This document shows, one piece after another, positions 1-12,928 of a stretch of 64,000 nucleotides of DNA. This stretch comes from Eledone cirrhosa. Taxonomy: Eukaryota. The position numbers were made by a program, and so were the translations under genes. A model generated the notes under the pieces. The model was not told where the DNA came from and searched no databases. It saw nothing but the letters and a program-made list of their open reading frames with translations. Position 1 is the first letter of the stretch. Each line of letters starts with the position of its first letter. The stretch covers positions 59,086,001-59,150,000 of the forward strand of contig OZ024743.1 of assembly GCA_964016885.1 (NCBI GenBank), given 5' to 3'.

Positions 1-2696
1 GGTCTTCTAATTGTTCTTTAAGTTTAAGTTTAAGTCTACTGTCCCACCATACCATGAATAAGTTAGCTATGTCGCCTGCAATGCTAACACCAATGGCTGC
101 TCCTTCCTCTTGGGCATATGTTTTTCCATTAAATTTGAACATATGTTCCTTAAGGGTTAGTTTTATGCTGGCCCCTACCGCATGTGCAATAACTTTCTTC
201 AGTTCATCGTGGTTTTCGGGTGTCCGTATGGCTCTGGTCCACCCGTTCCATCTTTCTGTGTGGGTTTCTTGACCATTGAGGTAATGGTAGGTGGTCTGCC
301 TCTTGCTGGTCTTGTAGGGCACAGGTTGCTAAGGTCATATGTGTCTAGGTAATTATTACTATAGGTAAGTTTAAGTAGGAGTCCCAGCTCACTGGTATCA
401 ATCCCACGGAACTCAACATTGCTCTCATTTTTTACGCATTTTTCCACAGCAAAATTCACGTCAATAGATGGATATAGGGACACAACATCCATACTACCTA
501 TTATGCAGTTTGTTAGGTCCCTAGATCGGTTACTCTCGCCGATTCTGCTGAGGAGGTCCTCCGTGCCGTCACATACATCTGGGGACATTTCAATGATGGG
601 CGTATGAACAGGGAGAGGAAGTAGGACAGTCTGTAGTTACTAGCAATGTTAGGTCCACAGACTGGCCGTGTTGGTGGTCCCGTGACAGGGTCACTGCCCG
701 TTTTATGGTCTTTTCGAAGCCGATACAACGCCGGCACGTCATTATTCCAGGCCTGGAAGTTGTTGGCAGTCCTTTTGTTGGGCTGCATTATATTCGTCCA
801 CATCACCATATGGGCATTGAGGGCTTTTTCTCTATCCTCATGCTCCTGTGGTGTTACGTCTCTTGTGTTAGTGATGTGGGGTTGCATTGCCTGGATGTAG
901 TTTGGCAGGCTGTCAACCGACATTCTGCCAGACTTGCCTGTTGGAAAGCATGCTATCTCTCCATTACGCGAGCGGTGCATGAGCTTACGCAAGCCATTTG
1001 CAGATTTTTCTCCCAGTTGCTGGGCCTCCATTCTATTATGCTTCTTGCTATACTGTTTTATAATATTTCTAAGTTCGGATCTAGCTATACTAAATTGTGC
1101 TTCTGTTTGTTCATCGACCTGCGACGTCAATTGCGTGCGTTTGTGAAATGGTAAATTCGTGGCGTGGACTCGTCGCAGGTCGAACGACTTATCGGAGGGA
1201 TTATAAAAAGTAGAGTTCCAGGCTGCTGATTTATGTGTACTAGTGCTATTGTTATTGTTAGTTGTGTTGTTTCTATTTCTATTTCCACCAACAGCCTCAT
1301 GGTTGTTTCTATGTCTCTCATTATTACTCCTGTCTCTTTCCACTGGCTCATTGTTATTATCTACTCTATTTTGTGTGTCTGTGTGTTGGTCTTGGTTATT
1401 TTCTTTGTCCATAGTCTCCCTTCTCCTTTTAATCTTATTACTTTCCCTTATTTCTGTGATTTCTGCGCTACTGTCATTACTTGTTTTCTGTGTCTGTGTG
1501 TTTGGTAAGATTGTGTTGGTGGTTAAAGGTATTGAATGTGTGTGTGTTGTTGTTGTTGATGTGTGCTGTTGTTGATGTGTGTTGTTGTTGTTGTCTCCGT
1601 GTGTGTTATATTTGTTGTGTATGTTGTTATTGTTGTTTGTGTCTACGTGTCTGTTGTTGTTGTTTCTGAGTATGTTATTATTGTTGGTGTGTGTGTTGTT
1701 GTTGGGATGTGTGGTGTATGTGTGTGCGTATGTTGTTACTTTTGATTTTGTTTTTGTTTTTGAGGCTCCAACGTAATTTTGTAAATGATTTTTCTATTTC
1801 TGATAGACGACTAATCATATTTACCTTCTTGAATGCCGCATACTTAGGTGGCAGTTGTAATACAGATAATTCATCAGGATCTATTGCCGTGTTGCCGTAC
1901 ATATTTGTGTTGTTGTTGTTGTTGAACTCATCTGTTAATGAGGTGTCGGCCATATTTATACCGTCAATTTTGTCGGGATATCTATTGATATTCTCTACAG
2001 TATTCTGATTTAGTTTTATCTGCTTAAGCCACTTTAGTTTCTTGTTAAAGTGCTTATCACATTCTTGAGCAATGTACTGTTCTTCAGGACGTATAAGGGT
2101 TATAAATATTAGTTTTTCTCTTGGTGTGGTGATCCTAGTTATATCTTGTATTAGGTTACGCTTATGTTTTTCTTGATGACTTAATTCTCTATAGATCTTT
2201 TTTTATGTTTAGAATTAGTGTTCGTTTTAGCCTATCTGCTTGCTTTTTGGTGATTTGTAATATTTTTACATTGGTGTTGATGGTGTTGGTGTAAACTCGG
2301 GACGAGGCACATTTTTTATGAAGTGTAGTTGTCGAGATGTTATTGTTTTTCGTAGACAACAGAACATGGTGGTTTTCAGTATCTTGTTAGCCTGGCTAAG
2401 GCTTACAATATTTCGTTTCTGAATTTGTTTAGCAAGATTCTTTATCGGAAAACGTGTGTTGAAACCGATATTGTTATACTTTGGGAGGGTCATGTTGCCA
2501 ATAAGAAACACACGCACCAGTTGCTTTCACTTCAATTTATTATAATGAATTTCTAAATTTCTGGTTGGTTGGTTGGTTCCACAACCAGATAGTTGTTTAT
2601 ATATTGTCAAAGTTCTTTCGTCACACATTCTGTGACCTCTTCAGTGACTGGAGATTCTTTTCTTTGTTTTTGTGCCTCTCCTTTGTTCTGTCCTAC

Positions 2697-2697
<1 letters not shown>
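1..2697 (-). mobile_element. Penelope-like retroelement (PLE), 5' part, frameshifted; continues beyond window start
   Basis: Minus-strand ORF pieces carry PLE motifs: LQLPPKY (L..GPKF-like), FPTGKSG (DKG-like), LYRLRKDHK...PPTRPVCG and RT motif IGSMDVVSLYPSID. Likely ATG at 2493. The upstream pLTR-like region 2520-2697 has a hammerhead motif and AATAAA and abuts (TA)n. Confidence 0.85.
2606..2648 (-). ncRNA. Minimal type I hammerhead ribozyme motif in the PLE pLTR
   Basis: Minus strand reads GTCA-CTGAAGA-G-GTCACA(GAATG)TGTGAC-GAA-AG(AA)CT-T-TGAC: 4-bp stem I, 6-bp stem II, short stem III, intact core with one extra nt after A9. Confidence 0.75.
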
Positions 2698-3712
<1,015 letters not shown>

Positions 3713-3810
3713 TGTTTACTTTTCCTTTCCCTCTTCCTTTTCCCGCCTCACTTTCATACAGATCATATTTTTGTTTTCAAAATCCAATGTCAATAAATAC
3801 ACCAGGATTT

Positions 3811-3871
3811 TTTCATTCTGATGATTGAAAGCAAATTTTGTTTGCTTTCAAGAAACCACTGGTAAATTAAA
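3811..3871 (+). ncRNA. Minimal hammerhead ribozyme motif in a solo pLTR-like segment (about 3715-3965)
   Basis: tttcATT-CTGATGA-TTGAAAGCAAA(TTTTG)TTTGCTTTCAA-GAA-ACCA(C)TGGT-A-AATtaaa: perfect 11-bp stem II, near-palindromic stem III, GUA cleavage triplet, weak stem I. Confidence 0.7.
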
Positions 3872-3967
3872 TAATTATCTCATGTTGTTTATTACATAAA
3901 TATTAAGCTGTGTAACTTACATAGAGCACTGATCTTTCCTGGACCTTTCTGACGGAATTACTTCATT

Positions 3968-4000
<33 letters not shown>

Positions 4001-4019
4001 TGTTGCTTGCGTGATAGAT

Positions 4020-5020
4020 CGATGAATTAGAAGACATCTTTTTCTTTGCAGTTTGAACTATAATACTAGGTTGGTTAGCGTTGATCCTCCTATCAGTGCG
4101 TATTTGCGGGGGCTTTGGGATTCTCTGACACCATTTGTAGTGTACGTGTATACCACTTTTTTCTGTTTGCATTGCGTAGTATTGGCATTACTTCCAGTGT
4201 ATGTTAATCATAACTCTGTCGTGTCTGTGTGTATGTACCCGGTATTTGAACTTCTGTGTATTCAAACTCCTTTATCTCATAGTTTTTTACTCGTAATTTT
4301 CCCCTCTTCGGGGATGTTTTGGCGCATTATTCTAGTCAAAATCATGTGTGAATCCATTTATTGCCTCAAGCGACGTTTGAAGTTGTCTCACGTCTGTCGC
4401 GTACGGATTATAGCCTCAATAAACCGGCGATGCTTAATTTCCTTGCCCTAGCATTTATAACCAAGTGTAGTCCTGGTTGTATCTCAGGTTATAGTCTCAA
4501 TGGTTATCTCAGGTTATAGTGTCAAACAAGAGAAATTGTGGTAGGGAGTCTCCTTGAAATATTCATCTTTCGCCTTATCTGCTGAATTGCTTGCCACTTA
4601 TTCATGTCATATATGATGAATGTTTTTATTGTTTGCACTACTTAGTTTATGACTGATTCTGTCAATCTGTCCATGCCATGTTGGGATATTTTTTCATTTT
4701 CTGCAGTTTTATGTTATCATTTTGTTGATTAGTAATTGGTTTTTACAGGCATATGGTAGTTTGTAGCAGAATTTCTGTTCTTCTGGAAATAGAATTTGTT
4801 ATCTAACCGCTTGGTCAGTTTCTGCGATATTATTGCAGTTAAGGTCTTTTAATTTATAGAAAGCCATATTATGGAGGTTTGCCGTAACATATTTCATACG
4901 GTTCAGTGTAGTTTATCTCTTAGTTATCTAGTCGGGCGGCACTCCTGTCTCCATTAGCATTTCACTAATTTTTATCGAATTGCACCATGTGTCTCTGTTA
5001 AATATTTCAAGCAGAAATTT
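4020..5020 (-). mobile_element. Old, degenerate R4/Dong-clade LINE fragment
   Basis: Minus-strand remnants YIHRHDRVMINIHWK (about 4190-4235) and QIRTDRRINANQPSIIV match the RHD and TDR..ANRPDI motifs of the younger copies. The upstream extent is uncertain. Confidence 0.6.
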
Positions 5021-5037
5021 GGTATTATTATTATTAT

Positions 5038-5224
5038 CCGGTGGATTGGCAGTATCGGTAGAGAGTCGGGCGCCATACTTTGAAGCATAGAGTTATCTCC
5101 CTTTATGATCTGAGTTCAAATCCCGCCAAGGTTAACTTTGCCTTTCATCCTTACGGGGTCGATAAAATAAAGTACCAGTAATGCACTGGGTAATTGCTGG
5201 CCTTGTGCCAAAAGTAGAAACAAT
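5038..5224 (+). mobile_element. tRNA-derived SINE with Deu/Nin-like central domain
   Basis: A box TGGCAGTATCGG, B box GAGTTCAAATCC, central GCCTTTCATCCTTACGGGGTCGATAAAATAAAGTACCAG, ATT repeats on both sides; five copies in the window. Confidence 0.9.
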
Positions 5225-5899
5225 TATTACCATTATTATCATATCAAGAGTAAGCCAAAATGATAAAAGAGATGAAATAATTTACACATGACACTTAAAA
5301 CCACGAAATGAATTCTTTTCAAAATTCCAGTATTCGCTATTGTAAATTGATTATTTGAATTACAAACGAAACATAGCTTGCTGCGTGGAAGCTATTTATT
5401 AAATGCAGAAACACAATACAGTTGACTTCACTTCACATTTATCAATTATAACTTAGTGTCAAGACTTTCGTCGCACAGTTTGCCACCTGGTTACTACACA
5501 GTACTGAAACTAAGAAAAAAATTGACAAGAAGAAAATGATAATTATAAAGTAAAGTTAACAGTTTTTCGATCATATTTTGAATATCAACAATGAGTCATC
5601 CACGATTTAATTGCTTTAGTTTCAAGACACTTTAACAGATAATGTCACTTGTCAAAGAAGTACAAATTTAGAATTAATAGTTCAATCATCAAACTATTTG
5701 AAATGCTAAATAATTTCGTGCGACATTATAGTAATTGTTCAAACAAGATGGGCAAATCGTGTAAGAATGTTTGTTATATAATGGGCATGAAATATAATTT
5801 GGAAGTAAGAATACCAAACATATCAATTCTCTAGGCTTCACCGTTCATCAAAATAGTTTAAATTCAGTAATAGTTTGAGCATCAAATTCCAGCAGAACT

Positions 5900-7030
5900 T
5901 GTGAAATAAGACTGGCGGCGAAGCTATATATTTTAATCAGATAAATTTGCTTCTGTTAGAGATTTGAATGAAAAGAAACGTTAAGTTGCTTGATCGACAT
6001 ATAGTAATAACAATTGAAGAACAAAAAACAAACAAATATACAAAAACAATGGAAATGTATAGTTGTAATACAAAATTAATTTGAGTGCAAAGAATGCATT
6101 AAATGGCTAAACATGATAGGAACAATTTGTAGATATAGCTCAAGGATGGAAAACTAACAGTAGGGAAATACAATTATTAGAACTATTAAAACAGTTCAAG
6201 AATTGCACGAACTATCAAGAAAAATATCTTAGCATTTAGCAGTAGTGATATATGCAATGACCATCTTGATTTTATTCTCGACCCCCACAAATATTAATCG
6301 AAGATAAATTGTGCTAAATTCGATTATCTTCAGGTGCAGATCAATAAGCCATCATATACTAGTAATACTAGTAATAAAAAATCAGCTCAAAACAATCAAA
6401 ATAAATGAAAACTCCAAGATAAAGGGCGATAAAAAAAAACATTCTCACGCATGACAGAATGTAAATGAAGGATAGGAAGAAAAATGTTACCCTTATTGTT
6501 ATTAGATGTAAATGTTCAAGATATACTTGCATGTTTTGTAGAAATACTAAGAACAGCCATCATTAAGGTAGAAAGGAAACCTTTGGATAAATAAAGATGG
6601 TAAAGATCTCTTCTTTAATCAAGTGTGATGAACAAATTGGTCTTGAATAAAGATGTTATGAATATAAAAAAAAGAAATATGTTAGGAAGCAGGTTTGGCT
6701 GGAAATTAGAGCAGCTAAGGGTACAAGAAATATGGGAAGTCATAGAAATAAGTGAGAGAGCAAATAACCTACAAAAAACATCATGCCATATATTTAAAGC
6801 TATCGAAAGAGCAAGTTACTGAATATAGATATGGACGCCTACTAACAAAAGCACATGAGGGTATTGATAGCTGGCTAGTTTACTCTGAGTGACGGTAGAG
6901 CTACAAAAGGATGATGTTAGTAATGTGTTAAACCAATTAAGCTAATATATTTCGAGAGACAGAGAGTACTTCAGAAGCTGATAACCAAGCAATTAGAAAA
7001 CTAAAATGTAGTCAATTCCCTGGAACACTT
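5900..7030 (+). mobile_element. Possible highly decayed APE-RT LINE remnant (RTE/L2-like)
   Basis: A-rich sense bias and a remnant QAIRKLKCSQFPG (about 6985-7025) resembling the AI..LK..KAPG.D motif before the RT domain; no long ORF. Confidence 0.3.
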
Positions 7031-8219
7031 CACGTAGATAAAGAGGGTAGAGCATAGATGTTCATCACCAACATTAAACACCATTCCGTTTTTCTAAACG
7101 GGGTTCCTAATTTCGGAATATGATGAAATATAAGGTAAAATGTAAACTATCGTTTTGATTTTCATTCTTGAATTTCTCATTTGCGTTGTAACTGCTTTTC
7201 CAAAGAAATCATAACCACAATGTTCTATACAAATCATATTAAATGTATAAAGGTTAAATCAGTTAGGGAAGTGAATAGTTCGCTGATATTCTTTGTAACA
7301 TAGTAAATAATTTAAAATAATCTGTCAGAATCAATTGTTGGTCAACTGGCAAAGTATGAAAAGAACAATTTTATGGGAGAAACAAAATGTACAAATTATA
7401 TTATAGCCCAATCAATGTTTTGCTATGTTGTACTTGCCCGAACGTAACTAACAATAACTATGAAATTTAAAGAAACAGGCTTCTTTCCAATAAAATAGGA
7501 AGAGCGTCTAACATATTTCTATTTTCCACAGAATTATATGGACTGTTTGTAGTAAAATGTTATTGTCGGATATTGTATGTTTATTATAATTCAAAGATAT
7601 TCATCCGACTCCAAAGTATATTAAATGTGTTAGTAATATAATGTAATTTGGACCTATAGTGAATACGTACATACATGGCTAACATTTTTAGATGTACTCT
7701 ATAGAAAATAATAGTATTCAAACAAATTACTGCTAACGCACCAGTAATTCCGTAATATAGTAAACATTCAGTCGGTTGTACTAAACTCGCTGCTCAAATT
7801 GACAATACAACTTTGTCAGAGGAAATCTATATTTAAAGTCAAAATGAATACCAAGTTTAATATAAACAAATACGGATTCGGAGAAAGACTCTATTGTATT
7901 ACAATTATATTTCATAAACATTTGACTACGACTCATTGTCCGAGGGAAATACCTGAAAAGAAGATAATTGATATGTATAATGTGAGTACAAATATGTCTA
8001 AAGAGTTAATATTGAGAATGAGTTGCACTGGATAATAAAGATTTAGCATGTTTAAACGTTGGTTAGAGTGAGAATATGAATGGTCGCAACGGTTTCAAAT
8101 GTAAACATTAGCGCTCCTACGATGAAATATGATAAGCAGTAAATCAGTTTGAAATATCGTCGTCCAGTATAGTTATTTATCACGGATGTAGCATTTGAAT
8201 ACAAAAATAACAAAATAAT

Positions 8220-8404
8220 TGTTTCTACGTTTGGCACAAGGCCAGCAAAATACCTAGTGCATTACTGGTACTTTATTTTATCGACCCTGTAAGGATGAAA
8301 GGCAAAGTTAACCTCGGCGGGATTTGAACTCAGAATGGCAAGGACCGTAACTCTATACGTCAAAGCATGGCGTCCGATACTCTACCAATACTACCAATCC
8401 ACCA
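8220..8404 (-). mobile_element. tRNA/Deu-Nin SINE copy
   Basis: Reverse complement of the 5038 SINE (ggatgaaaggcaaagttaacctcggcgggatttgaactcaga). Confidence 0.9.
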
Positions 8405-8756
8405 AAATAATGTTTCCTAATAATACAGATCTTAAATTAATTAACAACAGTCATCAGGAGAATGATTTCCTCATTACACTGGCATTTTTCATTATTTATG
8501 AATTATTCTTTGTTGTTATGGATGCTAACACCCAACTATTCTGCTTTTGTTGTCATTGTTGTGCTTGTCCCTATAGAAGTTGTTTTTGTTGTTACTCATT
8601 CATAAGTCGTAGTTGTTGTGGTTACTACTATACAAGATAGTGTTGTTTTAGTTGCCCCTAAAGATGTAGTTCTCCTTGACATGTTTGCTCCTATATAAGC
8701 AATCATTGTTGTGGTTTCTTGTATAGAATTTGATGTTGTTGTAGATGCTCATATAG

Positions 8757-9552
8757 AATTACGACTAACATGAGAGCTCAACTGCACGGCGAGCAACTAT
8801 CAGCGACATTTGAATAGGACATTTTGACACTTGGCCATGGCAAGGGGCCTCTAGATGCTGGTGGAGAAATGACAGTCTGTCCAGTTTGCGCCATTGTTAA
8901 TACTGTGGATGATCTCAAAGCCCAAGTGTTTCCAAATTTGAAGGAAAATTATGAAAACTACAATTGCCTGTGTAAAAGAGCAATGCTGGCGCCAAAAAAC
9001 AATGCTGTTAGTAGACTTAACGAGCAGCTTGTGCGGTCCCTTCCTGGTAGTTTTCAAACTTACTAGTCAGTTGATACAATCGTTGATCAAAATGGAGGGG
9101 TAAATTATCCTCCAGGATTAGTCTCCAGGACTAACTCCCCACATATTAGGACTTAAAGAAGGAACTCCGGTAATGCTGCTTCGGTATCTGGATCCGCCAA
9201 GACTTTGCAATGGTGGTAAAGAATGTGGTGTCACATATTATTGAGACCACCATTCTTTCTGGATGTGGAAAAGGTGATGATGTATTCATTCCAAGAATTC
9301 CTATCATTCCATGAGGAGAAGAAATTCCATTTTCCTTTAGAAAGCTGCAATTTCTCATTCGTGTCAGCTTTGCTATGACCATAAACAAATCGCAGTATCA
9401 GACATTATCTGAGGCAGGACTTCACTTGGAAGTCATGTTACTCACACGGACAATTGTATTTTGGCTGCTCTAGAGTGGGAAGCAAAGGAAATTTATTTCC
9501 ATATGCTCGACAAGGAAAAACAAGGAACATTGTTTACTAAGAGGTATTATAA
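8757..9552 (+). pseudogene. Helitron Pif1-family helicase C-terminal fragment with stops and frameshifts
   Basis: LTTNMR-like start, RAMLAPKN, LKEGTPVMLLRYLDPPRLCNG, VFIPRIPIIP, FAMTINKSQ, SHGQLY..CSRV, KTRNIVY*EVL. Confidence 0.92.
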
Positions 9553-9813
9553 TCACAACAAGGAAGTAGGTACGTACGCACCTTTTCTTGAACAAACCTA
9601 TTCTTAATCAAAATCAGTTCATTTTGTGTTAGGTAAACCCCTCCAAAGAAGAGATCCTCCATTGATTGACAAATGACGAGAGAGTGAAAAAACTGAATCC
9701 CAACAGGAAACTGCAAAATGCTTAATGTACAGCTACTACAGATTTGTTGGTATCTTTATATAACAAATACAGATATTGATTTAATGGCTCTTTTAAGATA
9801 TATAAAACAGATC

Positions 9814-9816
<3 letters not shown>

Positions 9817-9871
<55 letters not shown>

Positions 9872-9878
9872 CGTGCGC

Positions 9879-9948
<70 letters not shown>
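9817..9948. repeat. (GT)n microsatellite
   Basis: Directly visible. Confidence 0.98.
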
Positions 9949-9952
<4 letters not shown>

Positions 9953-10363
9953 CTCATGCATTTCTACAATATGCAACCGATTTGCACCAAACTTAAGACA
10001 TCGGTTACTTATATGCTCCGGATAGTCATGGGCACTTTCATTCTTCCAGATATTGATTATAGGGCCCCCTGAGGCAGGTAAACCCCTTTAACCGCTTCCT
10101 TGGAGGCGAAAAAACGTTATAACTTCTGGAGTTCGAACCGATTTTCTACAAATTTCACATGTGCTATGTATGTTCTACAGATGAAGTTGAACACTCAGAA
10201 TTGGCACATGTTGAGTAGGGGACCACTGGGGACAGGAACCCCTTTAGGGAAAAAGCCGATGATTTTGTACAAGCATAGTTTTTGAAGCAGCATCGACGTA
10301 TTGACATGAATGCTATACATGAATGTTTTTTAATACCCGAGCAACGTCGGGTACCTCTGCTAG

Positions 10364-10398
<35 letters not shown>

Positions 10399-10409
10399 TA
10401 CATACAAAC

Positions 10410-10470
<61 letters not shown>

Positions 10471-10614
10471 AATATATATATATAAAGAGAACTCAATACC
10501 GAATTAGATTCAGTTTTTAAGGGTAACTATTGAGTCCTGGCAGTTTCGCCTTTTCTGTTGGAAACAGATGAAACTCCAGCAAACAAGACTCACTATTTAG
10601 TCTTAATAAAATGA

Positions 10615-10664
<50 letters not shown>

Positions 10665-10775
10665 GGAAGGAGGAAGACAGGAAGACGATACTTTGGTTCG
10701 TGGAAACGTTCCCTGGCAAAGAACGGGAAAAAAACGAATATAATACGTCATTATTTGGAGAGGTGAAATTACGCA

Positions 10776-10912
10776 TAGAGTTACGGCCCTTGCCATTCTG
10801 AGTTCAAATCCAGCCGAGGTTAACTTTGCCTTTCATACTTACGGGGTCGATAAAATAAAGTACCAGTAATACACTGAGTAATTGCTTGCCTTGTGCCTAA
10901 CGTAGAAACAAT
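10776..10912 (+). mobile_element. 5'-truncated tRNA/Deu-Nin SINE inside the fold-back element
   Basis: B box, central domain and tail are present. The flank attatttggag.ggtgaaa is duplicated on both sides. Confidence 0.85.
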
Positions 10913-10988
10913 TATTTGGAGCGGTGAAAACCAATTACACGCAAAAACAAAACGAGGGTTTATGGTATAAAAGAAGTCGTAGACTAGT

Positions 10989-11189
10989 GTAGAAACTTCT
11001 GGTGTCCTTGGCCCCAGGGCTACCTCCTTACTCATCACCATAGGCGCTGAGCTGGCCAGCCGTAGGTGTGAGCCCTGCGAGTTGGAGTGGCTTTTCCAGC
11101 GCGTCTCCCTTGCTGTCCTCCGGGAAAACGCCTTCTCCATTCTGTCTGCCGGCGCTGTGGGTGGGCCCCATCGTGTACCAATACATTAG
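10989..11189 (+). mobile_element. 3' fragment of a CRE-like RLE non-LTR retrotransposon
   Basis: Translates as VETSGVLGPRATSLLITIGAELASRRCEPCELEWLFQRVSLAVLRENAFSILSA..., resembling the CRE C-terminus (ETxGxxG...FQRxSxAxxRxNA). Confidence 0.7.
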
Positions 11190-11855
11190 TTAAAGACTAA
11201 TATTCTATTAGGTGGTTCATAGAGACGTTCTCTGGCAATGAACGGAAAAAACGAAGATAATATGTCATATGTGGAGCTTGGAGCACAATTGCACGCAGAG
11301 ACAAAACTTAAGAATAAAGTATTTTATTTACTTATTCTTAACTCTGAAGCCGAGAATCATTCGGTTTCCTAGTTATAATTTTAGTCTACGACTTCAGTTA
11401 TACCAATTACGTGGTTTTGTCTCTGCGTGCAATTGTGCTCCACGCTCCACATATGACGTATAATCTTCGTTTTTTCCGTTCATTGCCAGAGAACGTCTCT
11501 ATGAACCACCTAATAGAATATTAGTCTAGTTTTTGCGTGTAATTGGTTTTCACCGCTCCAAATAATGACGTATTATATTCGTTTTTTCCCCGTTCTTTGC
11601 CAGGGAACGTTTCGACGAACCAAAGTACCATCTTCCTGTCTTCCTCCGGTTGCAACCTTTCTTGAAATATTCACTTCTGCGTTCACAGATTGACCTTGTT
11701 AGTCTCAGAAGATCCCTTTAAGGGTGAAAGCAGTGATTCTTTGCTTAAACTTTAATCTGTTATTTTAATAAATATTTGCTCTACGGTTCTTATATATTTG
11801 ATATATATTTATCCTTATAGAGCCCTCTTTAGATTTTAGTCTTCAAATTTATTAT

Positions 11856-11892
<37 letters not shown>

Positions 11893-11895
11893 CAC

Positions 11896-11967
<72 letters not shown>

Positions 11968-12569
11968 ATAGTATTAATAAATGGAAATTATATTTATAAA
12001 GCCATATTTATTTTATTATATATATTTCAAGGGTACCAGTATTTTATATATAGATAAGGTTAGACAATAAAATAATCGGTATCAAATCACGTTTTATATG
12101 AAACATAATGATAGAATTGGAGTTGCACTCATCATTGTTCTTATAACTATATCTATATATTATATAAAAAGCAAGTGTGTTTGTTGACCGACAATTACAC
12201 GCAATCCTCAATATATTGGTCTTAATTTGAGTATTGACTGAAACCGCTATTTCACGATCTGCATCACTGTGTATTTTATTTTTTCTCTCCATATTTCATT
12301 GAATTTTAATAAATTCTTTCCAATATTTGAATTTTTTTTTTCTAATAAAATTAATAAGAATCTTAGGAATCTAACTCACTTATACGTTTTTTAACGTTAA
12401 ATTATACAATTTGCCAATAACTGTTATGTACACATATTAATTCATACATGTGTTTGTATACACATATATATTTATACATGTCTGTATCATCACCATGATG
12501 CTGATGATCTTGTTTACCGACCATGTTTCCACGCTAAACGGTGAAGATAATGATGTGTGTGTTTATATA

Positions 12570-12632
<63 letters not shown>

Positions 12633-12928
12633 CATTATAACAACAGATTAAGATTTACCTTTAACGTGTGAAAGCAGCGATTCTTTGCTTATTGTTATCA
12701 TTATTATTATTATTATTGACGAAAGTGGATGTACGTTTTTTGAAGCTCCGTGAGTAAGCAATTTTTTGAGGATTAATTGTGGAGAATTGTTTATTTTTTT
12801 GTACCGCTGAAGCATTATAAGACATTAATTTGTATCCTGTGAAGGAATAACTCATAATATTTGGGCCTTTTGGCCCAAATATTTGAACTTTATTTTGAAA
12901 AAAATAATAATTTTTTTCTCAAAAAAAC

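Larger units (their letters stand above)
8757..10363 (+). mobile_element. Helitron 3' portion with canonical terminus
   Basis: Helicase remnant, then (GT)n, hairpin TACCCGA-GCAACG-TCGGGTA (10334-10353) and CTAG (10360-10363) followed by T. The 9815-10363 part could be a separate non-autonomous Helitron. Confidence 0.8.
10668..11790. mobile_element. Fold-back (inverted-arm) non-autonomous element, probably PLE-derived, with internal repeats of roughly 140 bp
   Basis: 10668-11307 (interrupted by insertions) is the reverse complement of about 11414-11647. The right arm continues to a hammerhead-like stem (11706-11735) and AATAAA. A related copy lies at 51044-51246 (-). Confidence 0.65.

Noticed and set aside
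7030-8210. AT-rich unique sequence with short ORFs as possible host exons
   Set aside because: No recognisable protein motif or convincing exon structure by eye; a small exon cannot be excluded.
11706-11740. Hammerhead-like CAGAAGA-T-CCCTT(T)AAGGG-T-GAAA (also about 51080-51106 on - and decayed at about 12650-12690)
   Set aside because: The core has A instead of U4 in both clear copies, and no convincing stem III, cleavage triplet or stem I; kept only as a hint of PLE origin.
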